Positions 37,136 to 50,016 of a DNA stretch of 64,000 nt are shown here, one piece after another. The stretch spans positions 102,900 through 166,899 of the forward strand of contig NMRA01000752.1 in assembly GCA_002633005.1 (NCBI GenBank). Direction: 5' to 3'. The stretch's first letter is position 1. Each line of letters begins with the position of its first letter. Made by a program: the position numbers and the translations under genes. The stretch is from Phoronis australis. Taxonomy: Eukaryota > Animalia > Phoronida. The notes beneath the pieces are model-generated. The model was not told the origin of the DNA. It was given only the letters and a program-made list of their open reading frames with translations, and did not search any database.

Positions 37136-37380
37136 CATGCGCGCAACCAGGGAGGGGGGCTCCTTGGACTCGAAGTGGGCAAAAAGTCCACCCCAGAAAA
37201 ATAAAAACTCCGAAAAAGTAAAAAACTAGACTAAAGTCCAGTAAAAAGACAGGAACTGCCAAAATTCTGCGAATGCACAAAGTCACAGCTCTGAACATAC
37301 CCCGTGAATCTTAGTAAAGGGACAACGTTCTAAAAAATTCGAGCTCTTCCCGGCCCAACTTTAAGCTGGGTGAGCGCATG
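37136..37380. mobile_element. MITE
   Basis: TIRs CATGCGCGCAACCAG...CTGGGTGAGCGCATG; related to 17325-17560. Confidence 0.55.
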
Positions 37381-37619
37381 TGGCTTATTTACAAAATAAA
37401 CTTAAGTAAAGGTACCATTAACAACGTAGATCCACTCTTAACCACGCATTGGTCCTCATTCAACGTCGTCACATTTTCCATTTATAGGTCCCCATTTGTG
37501 AATGTACATGTACATGTACAGCCAATGCCGGAAAACCAAATTACATCCCGAATACAGTACAAATCGGGACTTAAAGCCAGAAATTCTCGGTACGATTGTA
37601 GACTCAAGCAACCTCAGTA

Positions 37620-38634
37620 GTAGTTCTCTCTATTGAAGATTCAAATACACTCCTACTGGGTCACCTCAATGCCGTAAAAGACGATACAACTATGGAGATC
37701 GACCAACTGGGAGGTCGGATTGAAGTGTTGGAGCGTAACGGTCAGACCTCTGTTGCTGTTGAATATCATGAAATCAAGACAGTAGAGCAACATAACGTTC
37801 CTTTCAATGAAATCGAAACCACTGAAGCCTTGGTTAAAGATATTTTAGCCGAGATTGGTCACCGGTGAACTTAATAAGGTCTAAACGATTGCCGAGTCTA
37901 GGCACCGGTAAGCCAGCCTCCCGTTCAGTAACGCTAGGACCTCGCTAAAAAGCAAGACTTCGCGAGATTACGTGAGATAATGCCGTGCGTTTCAAATGAG
38001 AACATGTGACTGTGGTTAGATTTAAGCTAGGTCCTAGCGTTACTGAACGCGCGCAAGGTCTGACTGAAGCTGAACTGAACACACAAGCAGAGAAATTTGC
38101 GATTCTTCCCGAGAATGGAAAGCTCAAAGATTCTGTATTGCACAGCAGAGTATAAATTTGTTATTCAAAAACTCAAACAGAGAGGTTGCTCGAATTAAAC
38201 TGCAAATAGTTACTAAAAGTGGTTCCGGACGGGAATGATTACAGGTTCACTGGCAGTGATCATTTGGGACGGTGAGAAAAACAGCAGAAAATATTGTGAA
38301 TAATGCAGAAATACAGGGAAGCTCAGAGTCTTTCCTTGGAATGTAAATGCCTGGACATCAATTAACAAATGTCTGAGAGAGAAAGTAATTCGTGGGTCTG
38401 AAGCAGACATTTTCTGTATCGTTGAAACACATTTGCTTAAAACCGTTAGTATTTTTGTAGATGGGTTTGTTTGGTACAGCCATAATGGAAACACTATGCA
38501 TAGGCATGCCATTAGACCGTCTGGTTGATTAGAGCATTTGCTTAATCACTTTTATTACAGAAATATACTGTTAAGGTTGTTTGATAAATCTCATGATAGA
38601 ATAATTGGACGGCAGTTTAGTAATGCGATTTCTG
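37620..38634 (+). mobile_element. 5' part of an old LINE (ORF1 remnant plus N-terminus of the APE endonuclease)
   Basis: From about 38320 the decayed frame reads LRVFPWNVNAW...ADIFCIVETHL...VDGFVWY (WNV and E-T motifs of APE endonucleases). The ORF1 assignment is weaker. Confidence 0.6.
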
Positions 38635-40050
38635 TTAAATGCACGACACTTTTCATTGCTCACAGACTTTATTCCGTTACGTTCGTATTTTCGGAACAAA
38701 ACTCAACTCTCAACTTAACATTGATACAGTAACTGACCTAGCGATATAATTAAAAGACACAAGATATTTCGAAACATACTTGTTTCATTCTCAAGTGAAG
38801 ATAAAATGACGCAGTAATGCCACCACAGAGTATACATTGTACAGTGTAAGGTGACGACACACACAGTGAGACACGGCAGGTGTGAAATACTGCAAAGAAT
38901 GACAAATGAAGGGGGGTAATAGGAAAAGAAAGTCACGCATACAAGTGTAACGTGCAGCGCGACCCTGTTTGCTGCTCATTCAAATCAGGCTACTCAAAAG
39001 CAATTAAAAGGGACTCTAATACTTTTCAAAGGCAGCACATCTTGCTCCACGTAGCGCATTGACGTGTTTTCCACAATTTTTTGAGTGGTGATTTTACGTG
39101 CGTGGCATTGCAGAAAATGATCTTGAATGGCGCCATTTTGAAGATGCAAGGATAACCGACGGGAAAGACTGCAAACCGTTTGACTAATATAACATTGTTT
39201 GACGTTTGAACAAGACATTCGTTCATAGGGCATACAAACTCATAAACAACATTACACTGTGCAACGGGGCGGACTTTCGCTTTAGAAATGTTTTTTTCAT
39301 GGCCAAGTTGGAGGTCTTCCTTTTCTGATAATAAATAATAACATCGAGGTATTCATCAGGCTTACAAAATTTAACATTGTCCCTTATAATTTTCTTAATG
39401 GCGTGTTCGTCCTGGTGGTAATTATTAGACATGACATTTTTGTAAAATATCTTTTTGTTGACACCGTGCAGGGACTTCATAGCTAATTCTGGACACAAAT
39501 CGCTTAATATGGAAATCCACAAAAGCATTGGTATACCCAATATTCAACAGTGTTTGTCTTCTGCAATCTACCTCTTGACTGAACAATAGCCAGTGGGACG
39601 ACACCGAATACGCCCTCTTTAGGAAGTTGACCACAACGGCGACCCTATACCGCTCAGGGCACTCACTTTTGGAGTGGAGACAGAAACCTTTATCAGTAGG
39701 CTTGTGCTAAACTGATGTAGAAAATTCAGATGGAGAATGGTTCACAAGAACGTCCACAAATGGAATCCTGTCATTTACAGAAAGATCGTGGGTAAACTTC
39801 AATACAGAGTGACGCTCATTTGTACCATTTCGCCATACAAATGGGAAATTGTTTTGCAAAAAGATTGTGTGAGCATGGGCTCTCCTCTGGGTCCCACTTT
39901 CTCGGAATTTTATATGTTTGAAATGGAAAAAAGGGCTAGCAATGTGATTGGTGGTATTCCTATCTATGTACGTTATGTAGATGATATTTTTGTTTATTGT
40001 GCCTTTGATGATTTGTTATCAGTACGTGATGTACTAATCATTTCAGATTT
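38635..40050 (-). mobile_element. Penelope-like element copy 1, with an inverted RT segment (about 39790-40050 on +)
   Basis: GIY-YIG remnant CYISQT..LSRRL..H on the minus strand and RT motifs VSMGSPLGPTFSEFYM and YVRYVDD on the plus strand. Homologous to 58151-59140. Confidence 0.88.
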
Positions 40051-41822
40051 ATAAAGAATAAGCACAACTGCACTGTTTGGGGCTTTAAAACTGAAGAAAT
40101 ATTGTGGTTTCAATAATTAGTGACAAACTTGCCTGCAGATGAAAAAATTATTCCATCATCAAAGTGTAACATTAACGGGCTTTCTACTGACAATAAGACA
40201 ATCGATGCAGTCACTGAATGTTATTTCCACATAATGTGTACAAAATTGAAATGTTTTTACCATTAGTATAAAGCTTTTCTTCTGGAAGGAAAAGTTAATG
40301 TCACTCAGTGAGAAAGGATAGGTATTTATACCAGATGCTTTTGGTTTTCATTTCACAGAGATCTAGTTTCAATAGTCTATAGAAGCGCTTGTAAAACAGG
40401 TCCAGTTTCGGCACATGGCTTTGCTCCAGGCAACCTCTTCAACCTCATATAGATCATTGAAGGTAAGCACAACAGAATATCACTTGACTTGTTTTGTGCC
40501 CAAAATCTGATCCTGAACTAGACCAGAGTGTCTGCCACTTCGTCTTCTTTAGCTTCAATCCAGCATGTTTCTTCCAGGAAAGGAAATTAGCTATTGTCCA
40601 CAAATGACTTATTGCCTATAAAAGGGTATCCTCACCAACGAGGCTGACTTGTGTAGCAGTCAGATATAGTTCCTCTTCATACACAAACAACACGTTGTCT
40701 TATGGTAACTTCGTACTGCGATTCACATTTCACCAGGGCCACTGAGATGTACATTGTGCCATGCAGCACTAATGGTGTGTGGAAATGCTGTGGGAAGAGA
40801 AAGGAGTAACAAAGCTTATTCGTCGTCTCCGATGAAGAAAGAAGGCTTTAACAACAGATCTTCACTGGCTGGGGAGATCTTGCTGGTTAACTGCAGTCAA
40901 CTGCTTAAAACCAATTTTTGTCCATTCAGGGTCGATGCAGAAGCGATGCATATCTCCTCTACACGGTACAAGCCCTAAAACCTAAAAACAAGGGTCACGT
41001 GAAAACAGACAGGATAGATTTTCATTTCAACTTGTAATAAATTTCCGGAAGACATAGGATAGGGAGTAAACAAATAGTCTAATGGATATTTACGTACCCT
41101 TTGGCATTGGACTTGGATTGTAATCTCACTAACCAATATCGAGTTAAACATTCAGCATTCATTGATGTAACTGTCACTGATAAACCTGCTAGAAATCATT
41201 CCAAACAATAATACTGCTTTAGTGTACGAAAAGATCCCGAGTGCTACGTCAAGTATCGTAACACGCATCACAACAAACAAAGATTAACCCGACTGGCGAC
41301 TACTGCGAAGTCGACATCGGCGAGTATCTCAGTTAACAGGCATCGGTAGAATAAACATGGAATAATCGTTAAAATAATCACAAACCTTATCTTTGTATAA
41401 GGTCGTGCTTATTTTCTCTCATAGAAGCACCCTTTCCACGCACCCTTTTCAATCTCAGATTCAGGTGGCACGGCTACAAACCATTTCACCATGTATTTAA
41501 AGGGCTCGCGAAATAGAGGCTGTTAATCTATCACCACTAGTATGCGCGCGCCCTCTAGTTAATGTAAATTCTCCGAATAGCCTCATTCGCAAGACACACG
41601 CTGCATGTAAATCTCATAGATAAGGAATGCGACTTGTAGCCTGTGAATAAACAAGTGGAGCTTAATGCTACTGTTTACTTAACAGAAACTATTCAGCAAG
41701 TTTTATAATTCTTGGACAGTCCACTGATTTAGAATGATCCAAAGGTCAATTGAAAACATTACACGTGGCGGCCATATTCGCAATCTTGAAGAATATCGTG
41801 TAAAATGCACCGAATATTCACA

Positions 41823-44800
41823 ATGGTTGAGCAAATGAAACACATCCAAATTACAAGGCATTGCTAATTGCAATTAAACTACTATCTTTGTTGAAAAAAA
41901 ATTGTTTTGGGCAATGGAGTGCCAAGGCAAACATGCGACTAAAACCGCCATCTTGTTAGAGATGGTTTATAGCTGCCTAATCTTGGATCTGATCTTGAGG
42001 AAAAACTATGAGTAGACTTGAAGTCATTCAGAAGTTTCAGGTTTTATGTGTCAGTAAACAGGCCCGTACTTTACGCCGCAAATAATTATTTTACGCCATA
42101 AATAACTACTTTACCCCTCTAACAAGAATTACCTTACGCACGTAATTCAACGGCGAAACGTTGGCCCATTTGGCCACCGATACACCATGACGTAACAAGG
42201 GAGACTATATGTAGAAGTAAATGCCTTACAACTAGCTTCTGTAAGCTACAAAGCAGCTAAAGAGCTCTCAAAAAGTAATGTGGTTTGAATGCCTTAAAAT
42301 CCACCTAGAAACAAACCAACAGAAAATATTTTTTTATCTGCTATTTTGGCATACTAGCTAGCGCAGTGTGATAACGTGCAGGCATTTTCAAATTTCGAAT
42401 TGAATGTGATCGATAAATGATTGTTCTTCATCCAGTGTGCGTTTCCATTCTTTTAAATCCAATACACGCCCACGGTAAGTTCACTATAGGCAGTTCTCCG
42501 TCGTTGCCTAAGCAAAATCCGGACATTTTATAACTGTTGTGAGTTCTTGCTCTGAGAAAACCCCTACGAGCATGTTTGCAGTATCCGGGAAAAGTAGTCT
42601 AAGTCTAGACCTAATAATCGTTTACTTTTCCATGCAAAAGTATAAAAATTGAACCCGAGTTTGAAATTTTGAGACATTTTCGGAGTAGTGAACCTTCAGA
42701 ATAGTGGCTTGTTCCCGTTTTCAGCGATGTAAGTAACACGCAACAATGCAACCAGTTACAAAATTTCTTTAAGCCATTCCGTCCCAGTAAAAAATGAGGT
42801 GTAATAAAATATTCAAGCACACCTGATTTGAAATTTTGACAGAGAGTAACTCGTGAACGTTCTATTTCTGGACCACAATACATATCCGAATTTGAGTCCC
42901 ATTCTTATGAGCAACTGCAACGGCATCCTCATTTCCGTTTCATCTCATGAACATAGAGCTGAGAGTCATCGTTTTTATACAGATTTCCCTCCCCCCCCCC
43001 CTTGTTACATGGGCGCACTTAGGGGGGGGAGTGGGAGGAAGGCTCAGGAGGCTCAAACGAGTGCCCCAATTTGACAAATTTGACAAAAATGTCCGCCTCA
43101 ACGAAACAAAAAGTCCAAGTGAACGAGACAAAAGTCCACAAAATCCACCGGAAGGCGCGGATGCACGGTTCTTGGACCTGAGCCTAGTGGCCCGGTTTTT
43201 TTAGTCCTCGGTGGTTTCTTTCAGTAAAAGGTTCACATGCCGAAAAATTCGAGCCCCCCTATATTTTAGGATGGGTGCGCGCATTAATTAAGATGCGTCA
43301 GGGGCCTTACTGAAAACCCTACAGTGTCGACCTTTGCAAAATATCAAAGGTCCATCGTTCTAGAAATTCGAACCACCCCCAGCGCAATGCTGGCCACGGG
43401 CGTGGAATATTTTATATCTCTAAGCTGAGAAGTGTGAGCAGTCCCGTGTTAATAAACCAAATTCTTTACAAATGGAGCGAATAGAGTAACGTAGTAATAC
43501 GCTCTTTTGTCGCTCTTGAGCAGGCCACCACCATCAATATACAGGTCCCGCCTGAAGGTGATCAAATAGAGGTATCCCCTATATCAATACATGTATAGGA
43601 TCCCTTCACCCGAACGCGGTTTTACCGACTATAATGCAGTCATAAGCCTACTAGCCAATGTCCCCACCTTAGCTAAAATCGCCGTTTGTGATCCACTTAC
43701 TTACATAAAAGAAAAAAAATCACCTGCTTCAAGCCTTGGAGAGAAAACATCGAGTACCCTTCGCTACACACGGAGTCAAGTACATCCGATATATGCGGGT
43801 CGTTCACTTCATGTTTTTCTCTATAAATCAGAGCACCATTCATCCTTCGACAGTCAAACCAAGAAACTAACTCGATGCGTTTCGACAAGTTGGTAAGTTC
43901 GGTATTTCAGTGGCGTATTCTACATTTTACAGTTATAATTCGCTCTTTTAGAGCTATTACTATTACGAGGAAGAGATAGCTTAACTTTACTGTCATTGTT
44001 AATCTCGCTAGGACAGAAAAACACCACAACGATGTGAGGCAAAATATTGACTGCACACACAAGCGACCAAGGTGTGGGAAGTGAACTTCTTTAGGCGCAG
44101 GCTTTTATTCTCGGTTTGAGAATGATAATGGACGCTAGTGCATGTATCTTAGGATGCATGTGTAAACGTTATGCGCATAATTTTTGTTAACAGTCGACGA
44201 GCACGTATTCTTAAAGCCGTTAATTAATTATTTTCTGAGAAAATGATTTATTTGGGGGGAAAATTAATATTAACGGCAACAATTCACTATTTAGGGTGTA
44301 CATTTATTTACGCGTGTTAATCATTCTGCGCCCCTACGAGTTAATTGCACTGCAAATAATTAGTTAAAGCCGTAAGTACTAAACTCACAACGTAATTAAT
44401 GTTGTTCATTTAACCAACGATGGGGTGATGTTGACTTAGGCAGTGAATGCCGTGAAAGCGAGTTTCATAACTCTTACATGTACCTTCCAGCACATTGGAT
44501 CAACAAACAGTAGACGTAATTGTAATAGACTCCGCGGTAATTTGCATCAGAAAGCATCTAACAATGCACTTTACGCAAAAACAGCACGGCCTCTATAGAA
44601 CGCGACGAAGCACGTGCAGTGTTTCCACAAATTACATAACCACCACAGGCGCTTGGGTTTATCGCAAATGACGTCACTCAATAATATATATAAGAAAACA
44701 TAAAGGTTGGACACTCGAAATCTGTTTGCTCAGAATTTTCTACTCAAATGTGCATAGAACTCCACGCAACTAGCATCGGACAACACTTAGAATACTTTCT

Positions 44801-46031
44801 TTCATTTGATCTCTTCAAATTGCCGTCGAGTGGGGATTTGGCGACAAAAATGCCAAAAGAATGCCAAAATCACAAATTCAAGGAAGTGATTCCGTGATGT
44901 CATGGCAGACGGTCTTCGCACATCCGGGTTTTTGAAGGACGCTCGCAAGCTAAGTCCGAAAGTCTAATTTCGCGCGGCTTTCATCATCAATCCCTCGACT
45001 ACTTGATCATGAGAAGCAGAGAGCACTTTATTGCCAAATAAATGTAATTACTCACATATTTGTGTCAAATATAAATTATCCTGATACTATATTGATATGC
45101 GAAGTTTTTTGTGTATTGTGATTTCTCATGAAGGTTTTACTTTTGGCCAAAACCATTGAGTTAACTCGTCGGCCACGCACATCGTAATACTTGCACGGAC
45201 TGCGTTTCCTGGCCGAGTGTGTGTTGTGCTTCAATCAAAAAAGTGCGTGATGTCAAGATGAGAAACAAGATACGCCAGTTTATGTAATAAAATTCTAAGT
45301 TAAGGGCTAAAATGAGCCGTCAGTGGAATAAAGTTACAAATAATCATTAAAATACTAACTTTAACATTCTCAATTAGTTGAGTTTTAGATTAGAATTATT
45401 GAATTTGAAATATAGGTTGCTTGCTCAAACTCGAAGTTTCACCTACGACAGGCGTACAAGTTGAAGCACAACTGAAATCCGCCATGTTTACTATTTCAGG
45501 TCCTTGAATTCAGAGTTTTGAGATTGTTTTGGAAATTCCATCGCCAATTCACCACTCACGAAGACAGTTAATGGGATCTAGGAAAGATAAGGCTCCGAAG
45601 GTTCATGCAACACGAGACTGAGGGAGGTGCACGCAGATTTTATTTGGATTTTGGGCGGTTGAAGTTGGGAGCCTCGGCCTGGCAAAGTTTAAGTGTCCAA
45701 CCTTTATGTTTTCTTATATATATTATTGAGTGACGTCATTTGCGATAAACCCAAGCGCCTGTGATAACAACAATGTCTGTACAAAGCGAACAACAAACAA
45801 TCGATACAGTGTTTTTAATAAACAAGAACAAAACTGAAGCAGGCTTTAGCAGAACGTCCTGCTTACATGTAAATGGCTCATGATGCATTTGATTGTCTCG
45901 TCGGGTTGGTTTCAGCCGCCGAAGCAATTTGGGACGCCAGAGTTTTTCTGGGCGTGTTAGTGCAATTTCAATTCAGGCACAGCAAAACAACCCGCAAAAT
46001 TGCAATACGCACTTGCATAAAGTTGTCTTTG
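41823..46031 (+). repeat. Arm A of a long inverted duplication (arm B is 59141-64000)
   Basis: Colinear reverse-complement match, e.g. 41824 TGGTTGAGCAAATGAAACACATCC against the window end and 46020-46031 against 59141-59152. Each arm carries its own insertions. Confidence 0.93.
44644..45763. mobile_element. Non-autonomous TIR element with 8-bp TSD (P-element- or hAT-like)
   Basis: TIRs of about 70 bp starting CACAGGCGCTTGGG, TSD ATAACCAC/ATAACAAC, and the empty site is visible in arm B near 59405. Confidence 0.9.
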
Positions 46032-49000
46032 AAACAAGAACTTGATTTATACTAGCAGCTGCTAGGATGGTACCGGATAGATAATTCCTTTGTCCTAGAA
46101 AGAACGCGTTATTACTGACTTCGTCTTAGAAGTATTTGATTCTAGGACTAATGTCGGAAAATCTCGCATCTAAGACCTCCTCAAGTTTATCTAACTTTCT
46201 TCCGTCGGAGATTCAACCACCGACACAGTAATCAAATTTTATTTGTTGGCATTGGATGTTCGAATACAGTTAAGACAGCAGTAGGAAAAAGTTTGAAAAA
46301 AAACAAGACACCAACAAATAGCATGAGGACTTTCAGCGACGCGAAAACGAAATTATGAGACCAGCTGCACGGATATTGCAGGTTTGTGGATTAACAGCAC
46401 GAGATTACGTGTCGCTGTATAAACCTGAACAACTCAGATGTAAATGTATCATGAATGGTCTTTCGAGAGCTTAGAGAGTGTTGGTGTCAGGTGTGAACGT
46501 GAGGTTTGAAAGGAGGCAACGACAAAGGCTGTTGCAGGGATGAGGCAATAGTCTGACATAATGTGCCCGCATTTTGATAACCAGTTTGATGCCCGTTATT
46601 TAGTGGGGAAAACTGATTCTCAAAATTCGGGCACGTTGTATCAGACCATTACCTTGAGCGCTGGTATTTCTGTTATCCGACTTTCACCTTATGAACTTTT
46701 GTTTGGCTTAATGCGAAGGGTCGGCTGTTTTGATTTAATTTGGGGATGAGTAACAAAACTCGACGCGTCAAATAAGGCATATCAGCATTTCTTGTTTTTA
46801 TGAATTCATTTGGTCGTTTTTGAAATATACTTCTTCATTCTTGTTGCATCTTACGATATTTTAAATTTGGCCGTTTTCGAACCACCAAAACAGCTTTAAA
46901 TATGACCTCAACAAGCAGTCTCGAATGAAGTTTTACCTCTGCAACCACGTACGAATAGTTCTCGAACCATATTCATAAGATAGCCATGTTATGATTATTT
47001 CTAGACACCCTCAGACTCAAACAATGACAAAGTCGACCAATGTCATCGCTTTGCTGGTCATCGTTGCATGTCTGGCGCTCTACGTCAGGTGAGAGAGTTA
47101 TATCCGTGTTTCGTATTCTCATGTCATCTCAAAAAGTTGCAAAATAAGGTCACATAGATCTACATCATCTCAAGCCATGATGTCTTGAAAATGTGTTAAT
47201 TTATTCCATTCAGATCCACGTATAAACGAGGGGACACTCAAGTGTCAGAAATATTGCTCGTAGTTAAGTCATGAACAGTAAAAAACTCAGTTCACTGCCT
47301 TTCACGAGCTTGTGACCAGAATCATTAAAGAGGCCTGGAACTCGAAAAACAGTCCAAATTGCACGATTCAGAGTGGTTCTCTGCCACTGGAACACAATTC
47401 AACCTGCACATCAGGTATTTTTACGGTTTGTGCGTAAATATTTTGAATTTTGTTTGTTGTTGATTCATCTTTCATGAGAGGTACTAATTGTTTAATAACG
47501 GTTAACAAAAACACTTAGCGAAAAGTTGCCGAAACCCGGGTTTTGGTACCAGTTTAATACACACACTTTTCGTGTTTGATGTTTCTTAAATTGAAGTTAT
47601 CTTTTCTTTACCCACTGAAACACTGTTCATACAACGAAAGAAATATTTACTCAGCACTGTTTCTTGAAAGACACTGGAATTATTGCTGTGTTTGCAGCGT
47701 CTCGGAAGCACATCTTAAACTAGGCGCGACCAGGTTGGATGAAGTCAGGCGTGAACGCTCCTCGCAAAAGTCGTCCTTGGAAAACGAAGAGAACACAGAC
47801 AGTTTGGAACGCAAAGTTCAAAGGGAACTCGGCCACCATATGGAATGAAGCTGCTTCAGTAATCTTCAGGAAACACTCTTAAAGTGTCTTAAAGGAATGA
47901 AATGTAGTGGAAATATCTCACAATCATTTCGAAAAAAATATAAATATCTCTGAACGCATTCATTGCATTTTAGTTTTATCTCAACACGGCACAGCCTTGC
48001 TTCGTTGTAAAAGTCTACCAAATGTCAAGACCTTAGGCGAGCAATGATACAATGAGAGATGCTTCGTACTCTCGTTCAGACAGGAATATAATTACCGGAG
48101 ATTACAGATAAAGCACCCTTAATCAAAAAGCTTCAATGAACGTTTTTTTCCGAAATCCTGGGTAGGACTTAGACCGCTTGCACTGGTGAAATTGGTTTCG
48201 ACTTACCCTCTGACAGGGCGCCACCTATACTGAAAAGTGGCCTCGTGGAAACATGATGAACGACGGGTTCGAGTTTCGGTTGGCAGAAACTTTTCAGTCT
48301 TTTCACTAGGTCTCGTGATGGGGTAATATTATTATTTCAAATAAAACAATAAAACATACAAATGCCTGCCGATGACGTGAATCGCTTACTACCATTGCTT
48401 TGACGTACATGTAGAGTTATTCCCAGCACTCGACCTGTATGATAAAAAGTAGAGAAGTGGTAAGTATAACTACATGTGTATAGCAGACAGCAAATCTGTT
48501 TTCTGCTGTTTGTGTCTTGGTCAATTTTAATGCATTCACACCGCACTACTTTTTGGGAAATCTCTCGCTGCTACATGTATATAGCTTAGCTACATATACA
48601 TGTAGACGTTTGCTTCTATTCTCCCTTGTTACCCTATGGTGCAGCCACCACGAGCGTTCAGTGCAGATGAATAACATAAACCCACATATAATCGTCTGCA
48701 CGATCCCGTCATGTACGACAACACCACTCGTACGAAGTTGGCCGGGTATGGCTTGATGATTACGTGAAGCTCTTTGGATTTGTAGCAAATTCAAAATTAT
48801 TACTAACTTAGTTATTGTCGTTAGTAGTACCAGCACATCTACAGTAGCTGCAACAATTTTTTGCGAAGCATATCAGCATAAAATTCCCGGTCAAAATTAT
48901 TTTACAGTTGGACCATTGTATAACGATTCATACTCATTCTTCCATTTATTGAAAACATTGGTTATTGGTAATAACGTTTCCATTATCATCGTATACCTCC

Positions 49001-49149
49001 ATGGGTATTCTCTTTCTAAAGTACAGGTGTCCAAATTCTTAATATACTTCCACAATTCGGTTGGGTTATTGAAATTTAAAGATTCTTTAAGGTCAGCTTG
49101 ATCTCTCAGTTTTTCATCATCCTGTGAACTTTAAGAAATAGTACCTGAG

Positions 49150-50016
49150 CGTTTTGAAATTGGCATCTAAGTAAAGAGCATTCTTCCCGACAGCCGTTGC
49201 ATTTCAAAAACCTTTTTCCTTGAAACTTAAATCTTTCCAAAGCTCGGACAATTCAGCACACCAATAAGGTTTGCTTGTTTTAAAGTCCCTTATCACCTTC
49301 TTTGAGTTACTGCAAAATAATTTTCTGTCCATCTCATAAATTACACACTTACAAAACCTACTGTACATATAGTAAATCTTTTCTTGGGCTGCTCTTCAGA
49401 CCAAAATAGAGTCAATTAATTCTCGCATTACAATATTAAAAATTTAAGATTTCATTAAGTCTTCGGGAATTGACCGCACCTTATATCTCTGGGGAATCAA
49501 TGCCAACTTCATTTAAATGTGAAGAGTTCCTATCATAATGTACTGAAAAGTCGAGGGCATGTATAAAATGATCTGATAAATGGCAAACAACAGAAAGCTC
49601 ACTCAAGGGATCAAATTTGTCTACTAATTCCCCGGTCGTATAAATTTCAAATTTCAGACGATTAGATAATTTTTCATGTTGTATAAGGACGTTGTCAACA
49701 ACGGAAGAACCTCTTCCCCATACGGATGTATAGTTATCTTGTTCGGGACTTACTTGCCCCTTGAGAACACAGAACTTTGAGTCAATACAAAACTCATTGA
49801 AGGAATCACCCCGTCTATTATTAGAGCCATCTGCTTGGGAATTCGACATCCTGTACATAACACTTCATGTCTCTTGTACGGGCATTAAAGTCTCCATACA
49901 ACTATACAGAATCAACTTCATCGAGAGAATACAATTGACATAACAAATGAGCAGAAGTGTACGGGCCGTATCTCCAAGGGGAATTTTCTGGAGGTATATA
50001 AAAGACAAATACATGC
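49150..50016 (-). mobile_element. LINE APE endonuclease C-terminal remnant
   Basis: Broken minus-strand frames read YIPPENSPW, GDFNA-like sequence and RRGDSFNEFCIDSKFCVLKG...YTSVWGRGSSVVD. The fragment continues at 58117-58150, beyond the Gmr1-like insertion. Confidence 0.7.
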
